DNA of 64,000 nt from Candidatus Cloacimonadales bacterium (GTDB taxonomy: Bacteria; Cloacimonadota; Cloacimonadia; Cloacimonadales; JAIOQZ01): positions 2,496,001 to 2,560,000 of the forward strand of contig OY762463.1 in assembly GCA_963665815.1 (NCBI GenBank). The letters run 5' to 3'. The translations under genes were made by a program, and so were the position numbers. Positions 1-12,070 of the stretch are shown here, piece by piece (within the stretch, counting starts at the first letter, position 1; each line of letters starts with the position of its first letter). The notes beneath the pieces are model-generated. The model was given only the letters and a program-made list of their open reading frames with translations, did no database searches and was not told the DNA's origin.

Positions 1-1
1 A

Positions 2-3000
2 TTCCTTGATAGAAACAGTAGTGTTACATTACTTAAAGCACCGGAACAGTCTAAAAAGTTCAAAATGGAACAGCCTGACTCCCTGTTTTTCCTTTCTCAA
101 TATGATATTATCAGAGCAAATGACAAACCAGAGTTAAAAACTCATCACGATAAAAAAAGTAAAACCGTAACATTACAACTCTATGTTCGAGATATTCCAA
201 TATCAGATCCTGTTGTAATGACATATACAGAATATTACAATTTTGTTTTCTCAAAAGAATATGATGAAATACTCAATTCAAAAGTAATGACTCTTCTCAG
301 AATGAAAGACCGGGATTCAGGTTCAGGTATTTTCAAAGAGTTCAGGATAAAATTGCCGAAAGTTGCTCTTCCAAAGCCAATTAAACTGCTTATGGGTGAT
401 GAAGCTGCAAGATTCAGTGTTGAAGGTTCACAAAAATTAACCCTATCTTATGAAAACGTAAAAAACGATATCCCAAGTTCAACAAATGCAACTGACAGTA
501 ATTTTGAAATGCGTCAGGACCTGAATTTACAGCTTAAAGGTAAAATCGGGAGAAAAATACATCTCAATATTACTCACCAGTCAACTTCCGGGCAGTCTCT
601 GAGTGATCCCAATAAAGTGGATATCAAATATGTAGGTGACGAAGATGAAGTTGTTAAATCCATAGAAGCCGGGGATATAGGTCTATCTCTCGGTGGATCA
701 CAATATATCAGTTATTCTGCAAACTCTAAAGGTTTGTTTGGTGTTAAAGTAGATATGGTTTTCGGAAACCTGAAGTTAAAGACTATCATGGGTACTGAGG
801 AAGGTCAGAAAGGATCAACCAGTAAAAATGATAATTCTGACTCACTCTCTAACACTGTACATTCAAAGAATTTCAGTCAGAGATTCTTCTGTATTGAAGA
901 TCCTCGTGAATTGTATGATTTGATTCAGGTGAGTGAAGATGATTACGGACAAATACCCTCATCCTGGAACAACAACGCTGTTAAATTAGTAAACAACGGT
1001 GACTGGGTAATTGAAAACCCGAGTATGCTTCCTTCTGCTAACTACTTTCATGTTTACATAGATGATACTTATGATCAGCAGGATAACCTGAAAACAGACG
1101 GTAGATCAATTGATCCCACTGATACAAAAGAATATAGATTTAAACAGCTTGAATCCGGATCTGACTTTCTGGTAGATTATGATACCGGTATTATACAGTT
1201 TTTCTCAGATGTTAACAACAATCAGGCTATAGGTATTGTGTATCAGCGTGCAAATGGAGAAATGATAGGTGATGACAGTAATCAGGACCTTATCCATGCA
1301 AAAATAATCAAGAAAACTAATCAGAGTTCTACTGATACGACATGGAAATACAAGATGCGTAACATTTATACGCTCAGTCAGACTCAGAACATGAAGGATG
1401 AAGACTTTTTTATTGAGATATATCAGGGAAACACTGAGGATGGTACAAGAGAAATCTACATTGAGCATGAAGGGCTTAATATTGAAATGACCTATAATGA
1501 CTATCTTCGTCTTGATACTTCCGGTGATGACAAGTATGACAGCCAGGACGGAACAATTAATTTTGAAGCCGGTTATGTTATATTCCCTATGCTTGAGCCT
1601 TTTGCATATTTCGAAGAAGATGATTTTTATCAAACAAAAAATATCACAGATTATAACGTTGAAATCCATACAATAGGTTCAAGTCCGGTTGGAGATATTG
1701 ATCTTAACCAGTTGAACATTATACGGGGAAGTGTAGTTGTAACAGTAAACGGTGAGACAATGGTTGAGAACAAAGACTATACCGTAGATTATGATTTTGG
1801 TTCTGTGAAATTAATTTCTCCCCGGACAAAAGTGGCAAACTCAAAAGTTAAAGTTGATTTCGAGTATGTTCCCATGTTTGCTGTTAAGTCAAAAACAATT
1901 CTGGGATTACGTGCTGACTATAAAGTAAATGATTATACAAACTTTGGTTCTACGCTAATATATCACTCTGAGTCAATGAAAGAAGATCGACCCAAGATCG
2001 GTCATGAGAATAAGATTCAGATTATGGGTGATATCGACGGTGAGTTCAAGATAAAACCTTATTTTATCACAGAAGCTCTGGATTGGCTTCCTCTTATAAA
2101 GACAGATGAAGAATCGGAAATCAGTGTTTCCGGAGAAGTAGCTTTTAATGCACCAAAACTATACGGTAAGGATGATAAAAAAGATGATCCGGAAGCATAT
2201 GTAGATGATATGGAGTCGATCATAGACTCATATTCACTTGGAACAAGCTCAGCCACCTGGTCTCCTTCAAGTCTGCCATATCTTCATCATGGTCTGCAGG
2301 CAAAATGGTTTAACTGGCACCAGAACTCTGATGTAAAATCTGTAGTTGTCTATGGTGAAAACATTCCGGAAGATGAAAAAGCAGAAACAGTTACAATGCT
2401 GAAATGTCAACTTGTACCGAAGGAAGTAAATACTCAGGGTGTTGAGAGCAAATCCTGGGGTGGTATAATGAAATTCATAGGTACGGATGTAGATTTCTCA
2501 GAGAAGAAATACATTGAAGTATTGTTAAATGTTGATGGTGATAAATCATCCGTAATTCACGTAGATATGGGTAGAATAAATGAGGATTTCTACACTGACA
2601 ATAATGGCTGGGGAGTTCTCAATGAAGAAGACGGTAAAAATGATGGTACTAAAGACGGTATTCTCGACTTTACCGAGGACACCGGTCTGGATATGATCCC
2701 TGAAGGTGATTATGGTGATGACAGATATGACAATTACTCTAATAGCGAGAAAACTTCAATAAACGGAGTCAACCTGTCTCAGGAGTATGATCTGAGGTAT
2801 CCTCTTATAAACAAAACGGAAGGTAATGGATCACTGGATTCAGAGGACCTTGACAGCAATAACAGTCTTGATATGAATAATAATTACTTTGAATTCACAT
2901 TCTCATATGATGACCCTAAGTACCTTGTAAGTGAATTCAAGTATAAAACCAATCCCGAGTATAGATTATTCAGAATCCCTATTGAAGATGTTAACTATGA

Positions 3001-6000
3001 GATAATGTCTGATTCTAATATTAATCCCAGTCTTGAAGAAATCAGTTATGCCAGAATATGGTTTGAATCGTCCAAACGAACTGATTTCAATATTGTGACA
3101 ATGGATATTGTTGGTAACAAATGGGAAGAAATGGTTATCAGAGATACAAGTAATATTCCTATATCAGAAATTGAACTGAAGAATTCCAATGAAAGTTTTG
3201 TATCAGGTGTACTGAATACAAAAAACGATGTTTATCGTTATTCTGCTCCTCCTGGAACAAAAGAGGAAGATGCACATGAACAGGCTGTATATATGGATTT
3301 CAATAATATATCTCCTGGACATTATGCTATTCTCAGACAGGAATTCTACAACGCAATTAACTTCCTGAATTATGAAGAACTCCGTATGTTTGTGTATCTC
3401 GAAAAAGATGAGACCTTAAGTCCATACAGTGATTCTCTGGATTTTGTCTTCAGAATCGGTGCGGATACAACAAGTTATTATGAGTACGGAATCAGAATTG
3501 CACCGGAAGAACAGAATCTCGATGTAAATAACGAAGCACTGAATTGGAAAGAATATATTATACCTTTCAATCAGCTTACAAAACTGAAAAATTTCGTAGA
3601 TATTGAATCTGATCCAATTGATTCAACCTTCTATAACAATAATATTAAAGGCCGAATCAGCCTGAAAAAACGTAATACTCCAACTTTAACTAACATAAAG
3701 AATATCTATATAGGCATAAAAGTACCTGAAGAGAGCTCTGAATTCTCAGGTAGACTGATTGTCGATGAAATTCGGGTTGGAAAGCCGTTTAATGATATTG
3801 GATATGCAGCGAGAGCTACTGTCAAAACCAAATTAGCAGATGTAATGAGTGTTGACTTTGACCTTGACAGACAGACACCAAACTTTTACCAGATAAGAAA
3901 TGTGAGTGCTAATGCTACCCAGAGACAAATGCAGGAGCAATACACTGCAACAACATCTTCTATCAGCTCTACTCTGAATCTGCATAAATTTACACCTTAT
4001 GACTGGGGATTGAAAATTCCTATAAAAGCTTCTCAAAACAATACCTCAACAACACCTAAGTTTAAGTCTTCATCAGACGTTCTTTATGAAGACTTATCTG
4101 ACAAGGAAAAGGACAGACAGAGAACTACGAGACAAACCAGAAAGCTTTCAGCGAGCTTCTCTCAATCAAATATTGCAAATAATCCAATATTGAAATATTC
4201 ACTTAGTGCTTTAACCTTTAACGGAAGCATAACGGAAGAAAAGATTAAACTCTCCAATAAGCGAGATACGGTTCTGTCATATTCAGAAGATTTTAAATAC
4301 AATATTACTCTACCAAAAGATAAACTTAATCTTGAGCTCTGGAAAGATTATAAGTTTTATTATCTACCGCAAAGTTTTAAGAACTCAGTTGTCTTCAAGG
4401 CTAAATCGGGACGATATTACAGGTATGATACTAATGACAAACAATTTGAAGTTAATCCTTCCGGGGCAAAACCGACAAGAGCTCTGGATCATGTACACAG
4501 TGTAGATTATCAGATATTCTCAGACTTCACAACAGGTTATGATCTTACTATTTCCAGAGATCTTAAACTCAAAAAATACAGAAATGGGGTTAATGTCGGT
4601 ACTCCTAAGAAAAGAATACAGAACATTGAATTAAGCTACAGCCCAACATATTTTGATAAATACTTCACTATTTCCACGTCTTATGATATTGGTTATGATG
4701 AAAAAGCAACATATACTGCAAGCGATGATAAATTCCAGTATACTTATTCCATAGATAAGGATTTTACTCTGAATTCAACATTTAAAAACAGAGAAATACT
4801 TAATAAAATCTGGGATAAAACAGGCTGGAATAAGTATGATGATTTTTCAATTATTCCGGAACGTAAAGAAGACGGCAAAATGAATATGGATAATGAAAAA
4901 TTCGCAGGATTATCCGATGAAGAGAAGAACAAATTCGAAGTAGAAATGAGGGAAAAGTTCTCCGGTAAAGATCATACTGATGAAGAAATGGATAAATTCC
5001 TGCAGGAAAAAGGGTTGTCTAAAGAAGAATATCTGGAAGAAAAGAAAGAAATAGAAAGTAAAAAATCAGGGGATTCAAAAAAAGAAGAAAAGACAAAGAA
5101 ATCTGACAGTAGCGGTGCAAGATTTAATCCGATTTCATTTGCATTCTCAAGACTGCTTTATATTCACGATGTTACGACTACTTTCTCAACTGATTACAGA
5201 AACGGATATAACAGAGTAGACTCTCTACCCGGAAATGACTACATGTTCGGTATAAGAAAATATGCCGCTATTGAAGATGGTTTTAACAGCGAAGTTCAGG
5301 GATATTCATTGAATTTTGGCAGCGGTTATCTTGTCACAAAAACTCTTGATACGGATATCGATTATACTTACTCATATTCTGAATCGTTCTCACAGAGTGG
5401 ACCAGGTAAGTACAACGAAAGAATTACTTTCCCAAGCCTGAGAACAAGCTATAGAAATATTCATGAATTCTTTGTTTTCAAGCCTTTCCTTGGATCAGTA
5501 ATGTCTTCTTCATCAATCAGTTCATCATTTTCACTGAGCAGAGAGGAAACCGGAGATATTCCTCGAGATGATGTCGACACCAATTCAGAGAATACAACTT
5601 TGATAACCTCAAAAGCAATTGATGCAGAGTCTGAAACAATATCATTCCAACCACTGATATCCTTTAACGGAACAATCAGAAAATATAATCTCGATACATC
5701 TTTATCGTATAATACCAGTTCTACAGAAAGAACATCCTATAGTAATAATGGTGGGGAAATCAACGTTAATACTATCAGGGAAACTAATACTAACGGATTC
5801 TCTGCGAGTCTTAATCACAGAATGACAAGAGCTAAAGGTATTTATATACCGCTTCTGAAAAAGAGACTTAGATTTAAGAACGAATTTACAACAAACATAA
5901 ATGCCAGCTGGGAAGAAAGTAAAACAGAAAACACCGATAAATATGATGTCAAATCACTTGAGAGTCATACTCAGAAACTTACATTCTCTCTCGGAGGCTC

Positions 6001-6124
6001 CTACGAATTCCACAGAAACATCAATGGTGGTTCTTCTGTGCAGTGGTCCAGCAACAAAAACCTCAAGAAGAAAACAGAAATTCGCAGTTTGACATTCGAA
6101 GTATGGGTAGAAATCCTGTTCTAA
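2..6124 (+). CDS. sprA: Cell-surface protein SprA/Sov-like outer-membrane translocon (T9SS), probably 5'-truncated by the window edge
   Basis: >2000 aa; frame is open from nt 2, upstream of the ATG at 65; SprA-like motifs (LQLKGKIG, Y.GDEDEVVKSIEAG, GLFGVK, DYTVDYDFG, AYVDDME, WGGIM, EDTGLD); C-terminal Phe. Confidence 0.85.
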   Translation, partial: FLDRNSSVTLLKAPEQSKKFKMEQPDSLFFLSQYDIIRANDKPELKTHHDKKSKTVTLQLYVRDIPISDPVVMTYTEYYNFVFSKEYDEILNSKVMTLLRMKDRDSGSGIFKEFRIKLPKVALPKPIKLLMGDEAARFSVEGSQKLTLSYENVKNDIPSSTNATDSNFEMRQDLNLQLKGKIGRKIHLNITHQSTSGQSLSDPNKVDIKYVGDEDEVVKSIEAGDIGLSLGGSQYISYSANSKGLFGVKVDMVFGNLKLKTIMGTEEGQKGSTSKNDNSDSLSNTVHSKNFSQRFFCIEDPRELYDLIQVSEDDYGQIPSSWNNNAVKLVNNGDWVIENPSMLPSANYFHVYIDDTYDQQDNLKTDGRSIDPTDTKEYRFKQLESGSDFLVDYDTGIIQFFSDVNNNQAIGIVYQRANGEMIGDDSNQDLIHAKIIKKTNQSSTDTTWKYKMRNIYTLSQTQNMKDEDFFIEIYQGNTEDGTREIYIEHEGLNIEMTYNDYLRLDTSGDDKYDSQDGTINFEAGYVIFPMLEPFAYFEEDDFYQTKNITDYNVEIHTIGSSPVGDIDLNQLNIIRGSVVVTVNGETMVENKDYTVDYDFGSVKLISPRTKVANSKVKVDFEYVPMFAVKSKTILGLRADYKVNDYTNFGSTLIYHSESMKEDRPKIGHENKIQIMGDIDGEFKIKPYFITEALDWLPLIKTDEESEISVSGEVAFNAPKLYGKDDKKDDPEAYVDDMESIIDSYSLGTSSATWSPSSLPYLHHGLQAKWFNWHQNSDVKSVVVYGENIPEDEKAETVTMLKCQLVPKEVNTQGVESKSWGGIMKFIGTDVDFSEKKYIEVLLNVDGDKSSVIHVDMGRINEDFYTDNNGWGVLNEEDGKNDGTKDGILDFTEDTGLDMIPEGDYGDDRYDNYSNSEKTSINGVNLSQEYDLRYPLINKTEGNGSLDSEDLDSNNSLDMNNNYFEFTFSYDDPKYLVSEFKYKTNPEYRLFRIPIEDVNYEIMSDSNINPSLEEISYARIWFESSKRTDFNIVTMDIVGNKWEEMVIRDTSNIPISEIELKNSNESFVSGVLNTKNDVYRYSAPPGTKEEDAHEQAVYMDFNNISPGHYAILRQEFYNAINFLNYEELRMFVYLEKDETLSPYSDSLDFVFRIGADTTSYYEYGIRIAPEEQNLDVNNEALNWKEYIIPFNQLTKLKNFVDIESDPIDSTFYNNNIKGRISLKKRNTPTLTNIKNIYIGIKVPEESSEFSGRLIVDEIRVGKPFNDIGYAARATVKTKLADVMSVDFDLDRQTPNFYQIRNVSANATQRQMQEQYTATTSSISSTLNLHKFTPYDWGLKIPIKASQNNTSTTPKFKSSSDVLYEDLSDKEKDRQRTTRQTRKLSASFSQSNIANNPILKYSLSALTFNGSITEEKIKLSNKRDTVLSYSEDFKYNITLPKDKLNLELWKDYKFYYLPQSFKNSVVFKAKSGRYYRYDTNDKQFEVNPSGAKPTRALDHVHSVDYQIFSDFTTGYDLTISRDLKLKKYRNGVNVGTPKKRIQNIELSYSPTYFDKYFTISTSYDIGYDEKATYTASDDKFQYTYSIDKDFTLNSTFKNREILNKIWDKTGWNKYDDFSIIPERKEDGKMNMDNEKFAGLSDEEKNKFEVEMREKFSGKDHTDEEMDKFLQEKGLSKEEYLEEKKEIESKKSGDSKKEEKTKKSDSSGARFNPISFAFSRLLYIHDVTTTFSTDYRNGYNRVDSLPGNDYMFGIRKYAAIEDGFNSEVQGYSLNFGSGYLVTKTLDTDIDYTYSYSESFSQSGPGKYNERITFPSLRTSYRNIHEFFVFKPFLGSVMSSSSISSSFSLSREETGDIPRDDVDTNSENTTLITSKAIDAESETISFQPLISFNGTIRKYNLDTSLSYNTSSTERTSYSNNGGEINVNTIRETNTNGFSASLNHRMTRAKGIYIPLLKKRLRFKNEFTTNINASWEESKTENTDKYDVKSLESHTQKLTFSLGGSYEFHRNINGGSSVQWSSNKNLKKKTEIRSLTFEVWVEILF

Positions 6125-6175
6125 CCATACATAAAATTTGTAAGTAACTATTTATATAACTACACTGAGAGTATT

Positions 6176-6790
6176 ATGAATATAAACAGACTGAAAATAG
6201 CCGAAGATAAATTCATGACACGTTATCCTGAAGGATTCCTGTCACCTGAGATGATTGAGATGGGTAAAAAGTACAAAATGCCTCAGACTGTAGCCTTTGC
6301 CAAAACACATTTTTCCGAAGACAAGTTTGATTTCCCTGGAATTATTCTGGAACAGATGATAAGACTCGTCAGCAGATCTTCCATGATTTCTGTATTCGAA
6401 AAGCCGAAGTACCGTGATTATGTCAGGAGTCTGGAAGCTCAGGATAAGTATTTTCTGGCTGATTCTCTTTATCAGATGCTTCACGTGAAACAGGAAGTTG
6501 GTTTTAATATGATGCTCAATCTGCTGATAGATGCAAAACTTGCCAAATGGACACTCATGACAGTCTTTGGAGCATATTATAATTCTGATTACGATATTTT
6601 TATCAAGCCCACAACTACCAAAAAAGTACTTTCTCACTTTGAAATTGATGACATTAAGTATAAACCAAGACCAAGCTATGAATTCTATTGCAGATACAGA
6701 GATTACATTAATGAGATGAAAACAAGAGTTAATCCGTCTCTATCGCCCAATAACGCAGCTTTTCTCGGTTTCCTTATGATGTCGTGTTAA
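6176..6790 (+). CDS. Conserved hypothetical protein
   Basis: 204-aa ORF with normal composition; no function recognised. Confidence 0.7.
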   Translation: MNINRLKIAEDKFMTRYPEGFLSPEMIEMGKKYKMPQTVAFAKTHFSEDKFDFPGIILEQMIRLVSRSSMISVFEKPKYRDYVRSLEAQDKYFLADSLYQMLHVKQEVGFNMMLNLLIDAKLAKWTLMTVFGAYYNSDYDIFIKPTTTKKVLSHFEIDDIKYKPRPSYEFYCRYRDYINEMKTRVNPSLSPNNAAFLGFLMMSC

Positions 6791-8160
6791 CTATTACTTA
6801 AAGCTTCTTTCTTTTGAATCATCTCGGCACAATTTTTAAGACTTTTTCTTATCATAAACATTGCAATAATACATGCCAGCAAATCTGCAACAGGTGTTGC
6901 AATCCAGACTCCGTTTAACTGCAGAAACCTTGGAAAGATAAACAGAGCAGGTAAAAAGAAAATTACTTTTCTCAGCATATTCAACAAAATCGCTTCTTTA
7001 GGTTTGTTTACCGCTTGGTAGTACATTGTAGCCATCATATGCAGACCAACAAATGGCAGCATGGAAAGGAATATTTTCAAACCTGTTGATCCAATAGATA
7101 TCAGAGCTGCATCACCCTTACTGAACATCGAAATGAGTAACCCCGGGAAAATCATTATAAAAGCAAATCCCGAGATTGAAATGACTAATGAATATACAAA
7201 AGATACTTTGATACTCTCAATTACACGTCTATGTAAACCGGCCCCGAAATTGTATCCAATTATTGGTTGTCCAGCCATCATAATGCTTCTTAGTGGTGTC
7301 TCAACAATCATAAAAATACTCTGAATAGCTCCAAGAGCTCCTACAGCAAGGACTCCGCCATACTCTACAAGGTGCCTGTTGAGGAACACAGATACCATTG
7401 ATGTGGCAAGCATCATGGAAAATGGAGCCAGACCGATAATAATAACCGGTTTCACTATTCCCCAGACAGGTTTCAGATCTGAAAAGTGAACTGTTAAATG
7501 TCGACTTTTACCTGCTCTGAAATGCCAGAAAACCCAGCATGCTGTAAATAATCTTGATAATCCGGTAGCAAGGGCAATCCCGGAAACACCCCATTTAAAC
7601 ACAAATAGAAAAAGTGGATCAAGAATGATATTCATTATTGCACCTGATGCAGCAATAACCATGGCAAGACGAGGATTACCTTCTGCTCTGATACAACCAT
7701 TGGTCCCCATAGCTAGAAAATCAAACATCATGAATGGAAGGAACCATGTCATATATTGAGTAGCGTATGGCATGGTAACAGCATCTGCTCCTACAATTTT
7801 CAGTAATGGTTCTAGAAATGTCAGTGCTATAATTGATACTAATACTCCAATTATACTAAAAAGTCCGAATGTATTGCCAAGAGTTTTCTCGGCCTTATCT
7901 CTTTTTTTCTCTCCAAGCCTGATAGAAATAATTGCTGATGATCCGGTTCCGAGTAGAACTCCAAGAGCTATGGACAAGATAAATATCGGGAAAGTAATTG
8001 TAACTCCCGCAAGTGCATCTGTACCGAGGGCTTTGCCTATATATATTCTGTCGACAATATTGTACAGAGCATGAACTGTTGATGCTATAATTGTTGGAAT
8101 GGAAAAAGCCAAAAGCAGCTTCCAAACTGATCTTGTTTCCATTTGCTTAAGATGTTCCAT
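6787..8160 (-). CDS. MATE family efflux transporter (MepA-like)
   Basis: LYNIVDRIYIG, RAEGNP, NIILDPLF motifs; about 12 hydrophobic segments. Confidence 0.92.
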   Translation of the reverse strand: MEHLKQMETRSVWKLLLAFSIPTIIASTVHALYNIVDRIYIGKALGTDALAGVTITFPIFILSIALGVLLGTGSSAIISIRLGEKKRDKAEKTLGNTFGLFSIIGVLVSIIALTFLEPLLKIVGADAVTMPYATQYMTWFLPFMMFDFLAMGTNGCIRAEGNPRLAMVIAASGAIMNIILDPLFLFVFKWGVSGIALATGLSRLFTACWVFWHFRAGKSRHLTVHFSDLKPVWGIVKPVIIIGLAPFSMMLATSMVSVFLNRHLVEYGGVLAVGALGAIQSIFMIVETPLRSIMMAGQPIIGYNFGAGLHRRVIESIKVSFVYSLVISISGFAFIMIFPGLLISMFSKGDAALISIGSTGLKIFLSMLPFVGLHMMATMYYQAVNKPKEAILLNMLRKVIFFLPALFIFPRFLQLNGVWIATPVADLLACIIAMFMIRKSLKNCAEMIQKKEALSNS

Positions 8161-8725
8161 TTTGTAATCCTTTTAAAACAAAATTGATCATTTGACTGAG
8201 TTCCAGAGGTTGAACTCCTTCAGGTCGATGCATTCTGCCAATTATAAGATCTACGATTATGCATGCTACCTGTTCGGAAGAAAGATCAGACTCAATTGAG
8301 CCATCAGAGAAACCGGATTGAATAATATTCCCGATTTCATTTATAATTCTGATTCTATGCTGCCTGAATCTATTCTTACTATCCTCATCTTTCCTGTTCA
8401 TAAGAATCTGCTGCTGATTCATAACCTGCATTACAATATGCCGCTCAGAGAAAAGCATTTCCAGCCTGGATATCAAGTACCGAAACTTATCTCTGAATGT
8501 CATCTGTTTCTCATTAATGGAATTTACTTCCTGAGCCAGTTCTTCTGATCCATTCAGGAAAAACTCAAAGAAAAGGTCTTCCTTATCCTTAAAATATCTG
8601 TATATTGTTCCTTTTCCGACTCCGGCAGCAATTGCAATCGACTCCATGGTTACTTCACTATATCTTTTATTTTTAATAATATCTTCCATAGCTTTCATTA
8701 TTAATGATCTTTTTTCTGGTTTCAT
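8147..8725 (-). CDS. TetR/AcrR family transcriptional regulator
   Basis: HTH signature IAIAAGVGKGTIYRYFKDKEDLF; overlaps the MATE start. Confidence 0.92.
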   Translation of the reverse strand: MKPEKRSLIMKAMEDIIKNKRYSEVTMESIAIAAGVGKGTIYRYFKDKEDLFFEFFLNGSEELAQEVNSINEKQMTFRDKFRYLISRLEMLFSERHIVMQVMNQQQILMNRKDEDSKNRFRQHRIRIINEIGNIIQSGFSDGSIESDLSSEQVACIIVDLIIGRMHRPEGVQPLELSQMINFVLKGLQNGTS

Positions 8726-8744
8726 AAATATTCTCCAAATTAAT

Positions 8745-8758
8745 ACTGACCGGTCAGT
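8745..8758. promoter_or_regulatory. Putative TetR operator (perfect palindrome ACTGACCGGTCAGT)
   Basis: 14-bp perfect palindrome about 20 bp upstream of the tetR start and downstream of a minus-strand TTGACA. Confidence 0.7.
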
Positions 8759-8975
8759 TCTATTTTCTGAATATTTACTGTCAAATGTTATTCCTGTTTT
8801 TTTTGAAACAAGGTTCCAGTCAGGAATAGCAGCTTATGAGGAACCCTCAAATTCGAAAGAAAAAACCTTGCTTAAATAGTTTTTTAAGTTTATTTTGTTA
8901 TTGCGTTGGTTTGGCTTTACTATAAATAAAAATCAAATTTGCTATTTATTTCTAATAAAATTTCCAGAGGAGAAT

Positions 8976-11900
8976 ATGAAAGAAAAATCTATTGCTTTTA
9001 AAATTGGTTTAAGCCTCGCCCTCAGCGTAGTTCTTGTACTATCAGGTTTGGGTATTTATAATTATTTTTCAACGAAAAATCAATTATACAATCAATTGAA
9101 TAATGATATTGAGCAAATTACTGAACGATTAGCGTTTTTGCTTACTACCCCTGTATGGAACTTCAATACTGAAGAGGCTGATGTTATAGTAAAAATAGAA
9201 ATGAAAAACAATGATGTCTTTGGAGTTGTGATTAAGGAGTCATCAGGCAATGTTTTTCTTAATCGGAGCAGAGACGATAAATGGGGAGTTGCCGAAGATG
9301 AAGTAGATACAAAGAAATCTTATACAACACTTCAGAAAGATATAGTCAGGGATGGAAACACAATTGGGTATGTTGATGTATACTTTGTTGATAAATTTAT
9401 TAAAGAACATCTGAATTCCGTACTTTTTGGTGTAATTTTGAATGTTCTGGTTACAGCAGTAATCCTCATTATTATATTACAGGTAGGAATTAAGAAACTG
9501 GTTCTTGATCCTATCAGTTATGTTTCAGATCATGTCGGCAAGATAAGAGATGAAGTTTTAAATGGAAATCTCAGTATCAGAGGTACTCCGGAAGATGTTG
9601 ACACGGATTTCAGACCCATCATTAATCAAGCTAATGAGCTGATTGAAGCATTTGTAACCCCTATAACCCTGACCAACGAATATATAGATAATCTTTCCAA
9701 AGGGAACTTACCTGAGAAAATAACTGCAGACTATTCCGGTGACTTTGATAAACTTAAAAACAATATTAATATTTTTATTGATACTCTATCTAATTTTATC
9801 AATGAAATGGAGACCATGCGTAACAAACATCAGGCAGGTGATATCGATCACAAAATTGATCCCGGTATCTTTAAAGGAGCCTATAGTAGAATGGCAGAGG
9901 GATTCAATCAGTCTGTTGGTGTACATATAGATGTTATTCTGAAAATACTTGATGTTCTGGAAAAATATGCACAGGGTGAATTTAATGTACAGCTGGAGCA
10001 GCTTCCGGGAAAACTTGCCATAGCAAATAAATCTACAAATCAACTTCATGATAACCTGATAAGTATTACGTCCGATATAAACTCTCTTATCAGTTCTGTC
10101 CGGAATGGAAATCTCAGAACTAAAGGAGAAGCCGGAAAATATTCAGGTGACTGGGCTACACTAATCTCAAGTATTAATGATCTCATAAACAGTTTGGTGG
10201 AACCTCTGCAGATGACTGCTGATTTCCTTGAATCGATCAGCAAAGGTAAAGAATACTCAAAGATTACAGAAGATTACAAGGGAGATTTCAACACAATCAA
10301 GAATAACATTAATAATGTTGTTGGTGTAATTGATAATGTTATCAATATAGTTGAAAATCTCACAAATTCCATTGTTGATGGTAACTTGCAGGCAAGGGGT
10401 GATATTAGCAGTTTCGAAGGAAGATGGAAACAGATTGCCAATGGCATAAACAATATTGTTGATGCATTCATGAAACCGATAAACATGATGACAGAGTATA
10501 TTGATAGAATTGCCGAAGGAAATCTTCCTCCGCTGATAAAAGATGATTACCGTGGTGACTTTGTTCATGTTAAAAACAATTTTAATGCAGCTATTCAGAC
10601 TCTGCTTACAATGACAGAAGAAATGAATAAACTGATAGATAATCAGAAAGAAGGATATCTTAATTACAGGATGAATCCTGATCAGCTCAAAGGTGTTTAC
10701 AAAGGTATTCTTGATGGAGTAAATCAATCTCTCGACAGTATAATTATACCTGTTACAGATGCAATATCATTGCTGGATCAGTATTCTGTCGGAAATATTC
10801 AGCAGGAAATGAGAGATTTACCAGGTGATCAGAAGATGCTGAGCAACAGTATGAATGGTATCCGGTCCAATCTGCGTAAACTCATAGAAGAAATGACGAA
10901 GCTTGTACAGGGAGCAGTAAACGGAGAAATTAACATTCGAGGTAATGTACAGGGATTTTCAGGTGATTTTGCCAAAATCATTGATGGTGTAAACAGAACC
11001 CTGAAGGCTTTTTCAGAACCTATGAAAGATGCAATGAATGTTATGGAGCATATTGCCAATAAAAACCTCAAAGAGCGTGTTACCGGTCATTATAAAGGAG
11101 AATTTGGTATATTCAAGGAAAATATCAATACTGCTACAAAAGATCTGGAAAACGCATTGTTACAGGTTGATTCTGCTGTATACCAGATTCAGGGTGGTTC
11201 AGTTGAAATTTCAAATGGAAGCCAGAATCTGGCTAGCGGGACATCTCGACAGGCCAGTTCTCTCGAGGAAATTTCTGCCAGCCTGGAGGAAATGAATGAG
11301 CTGACAAAAAATGTAGCAGATAATTCCGCACAGGCAAAAAACCTTTCCGAGCAGTCATTAAATTCTGTAATAGAAGGCGAAAAATCCATGCAGGAAATGA
11401 ATACGTCCATGGAAGATATTAATAAATCATCTATTGAAACAGCTAAGATTATCAAGACTATTGATGAAATTGCTTTTCAGACTAATCTTCTGGCTTTGAA
11501 TGCAGCAGTTGAGGCTGCCCATGCCGGAGAAGCAGGAAAAGGTTTTGCTGTTGTAGCTGAAGAAGTTAAAAATCTCGCACTGAGATCTGCCGAAGCTGCT
11601 AAATCAACAGCTGAACTGATCGATACATCTACCAGAAACACAGATAAAGGTATGAAAATTGTTGATGAAGTAGCTAAGTCATTTACTGAGATTAAGCATA
11701 ACTTTGATAAGGTTAATATGATTGTTAATGAAATATCAGCTGCTTCAGATGAACAGTCTCAAGGTATTGATCAGATTAATTCCGGTATTGTTGATTTGAA
11801 TAACCTGACTCAGAAAAACGCTGCCAATGCAGAAGAATTCTCCAGTGCTGCAGAAGAACTGAACAGCCAGGCTGCTGAACTTAAGGGAATGGTAGATGAG

Positions 11901-12017
11901 TTCGATCTTACCAATAAATACTCATCAGGTACTAAGGTAGACAGGAGAGCACCCGAGATAGAGCAGACAAATCAGTATCTCCTGCCCGATAACTCAGATG
12001 ATTTCGGTGATTTCTAA
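8976..12017 (+). CDS. Methyl-accepting chemotaxis protein with poly-HAMP array
   Basis: GAGGAG RBS before ATG 8976; two TM segments; repeated HAMP units (GNL...DY.GDF..IKNN.N); signalling tip [33 protein letters not shown]. Confidence 0.93.
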   Translation: MKEKSIAFKIGLSLALSVVLVLSGLGIYNYFSTKNQLYNQLNNDIEQITERLAFLLTTPVWNFNTEEADVIVKIEMKNNDVFGVVIKESSGNVFLNRSRDDKWGVAEDEVDTKKSYTTLQKDIVRDGNTIGYVDVYFVDKFIKEHLNSVLFGVILNVLVTAVILIIILQVGIKKLVLDPISYVSDHVGKIRDEVLNGNLSIRGTPEDVDTDFRPIINQANELIEAFVTPITLTNEYIDNLSKGNLPEKITADYSGDFDKLKNNINIFIDTLSNFINEMETMRNKHQAGDIDHKIDPGIFKGAYSRMAEGFNQSVGVHIDVILKILDVLEKYAQGEFNVQLEQLPGKLAIANKSTNQLHDNLISITSDINSLISSVRNGNLRTKGEAGKYSGDWATLISSINDLINSLVEPLQMTADFLESISKGKEYSKITEDYKGDFNTIKNNINNVVGVIDNVINIVENLTNSIVDGNLQARGDISSFEGRWKQIANGINNIVDAFMKPINMMTEYIDRIAEGNLPPLIKDDYRGDFVHVKNNFNAAIQTLLTMTEEMNKLIDNQKEGYLNYRMNPDQLKGVYKGILDGVNQSLDSIIIPVTDAISLLDQYSVGNIQQEMRDLPGDQKMLSNSMNGIRSNLRKLIEEMTKLVQGAVNGEINIRGNVQGFSGDFAKIIDGVNRTLKAFSEPMKDAMNVMEHIANKNLKERVTGHYKGEFGIFKENINTATKDLENALLQVDSAVYQIQGGSVEISNGSQNLASGTSRQASSLEEISASLEEMNELTKNVADNSAQAKNLSEQSLNSVIEGEKSMQEMNTSMEDINKSSIETAKIIKTIDEIAFQTNLLALNAAVEAAHAGEAGKGFAVVAEEVKNLALRSAEAAKSTAELIDTSTRNTDKGMKIVDEVAKSFTEIKHNFDKVNMIVNEISAASDEQSQGIDQINSGIVDLNNLTQKNAANAEEFSSAAEELNSQAAELKGMVDEFDLTNKYSSGTKVDRRAPEIEQTNQYLLPDNSDDFGDF

Positions 12018-12039
12018 AATCAGAAAATAGATTACTAAC

Positions 12040-12070
12040 AGGCTGCATTTCTCGATGCAGCCTTTTTTTT
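12040..12070 (+). terminator. Intrinsic terminator
   Basis: AGGCTGCAT-loop-ATGCAGCCT followed by a T run. Confidence 0.85.
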
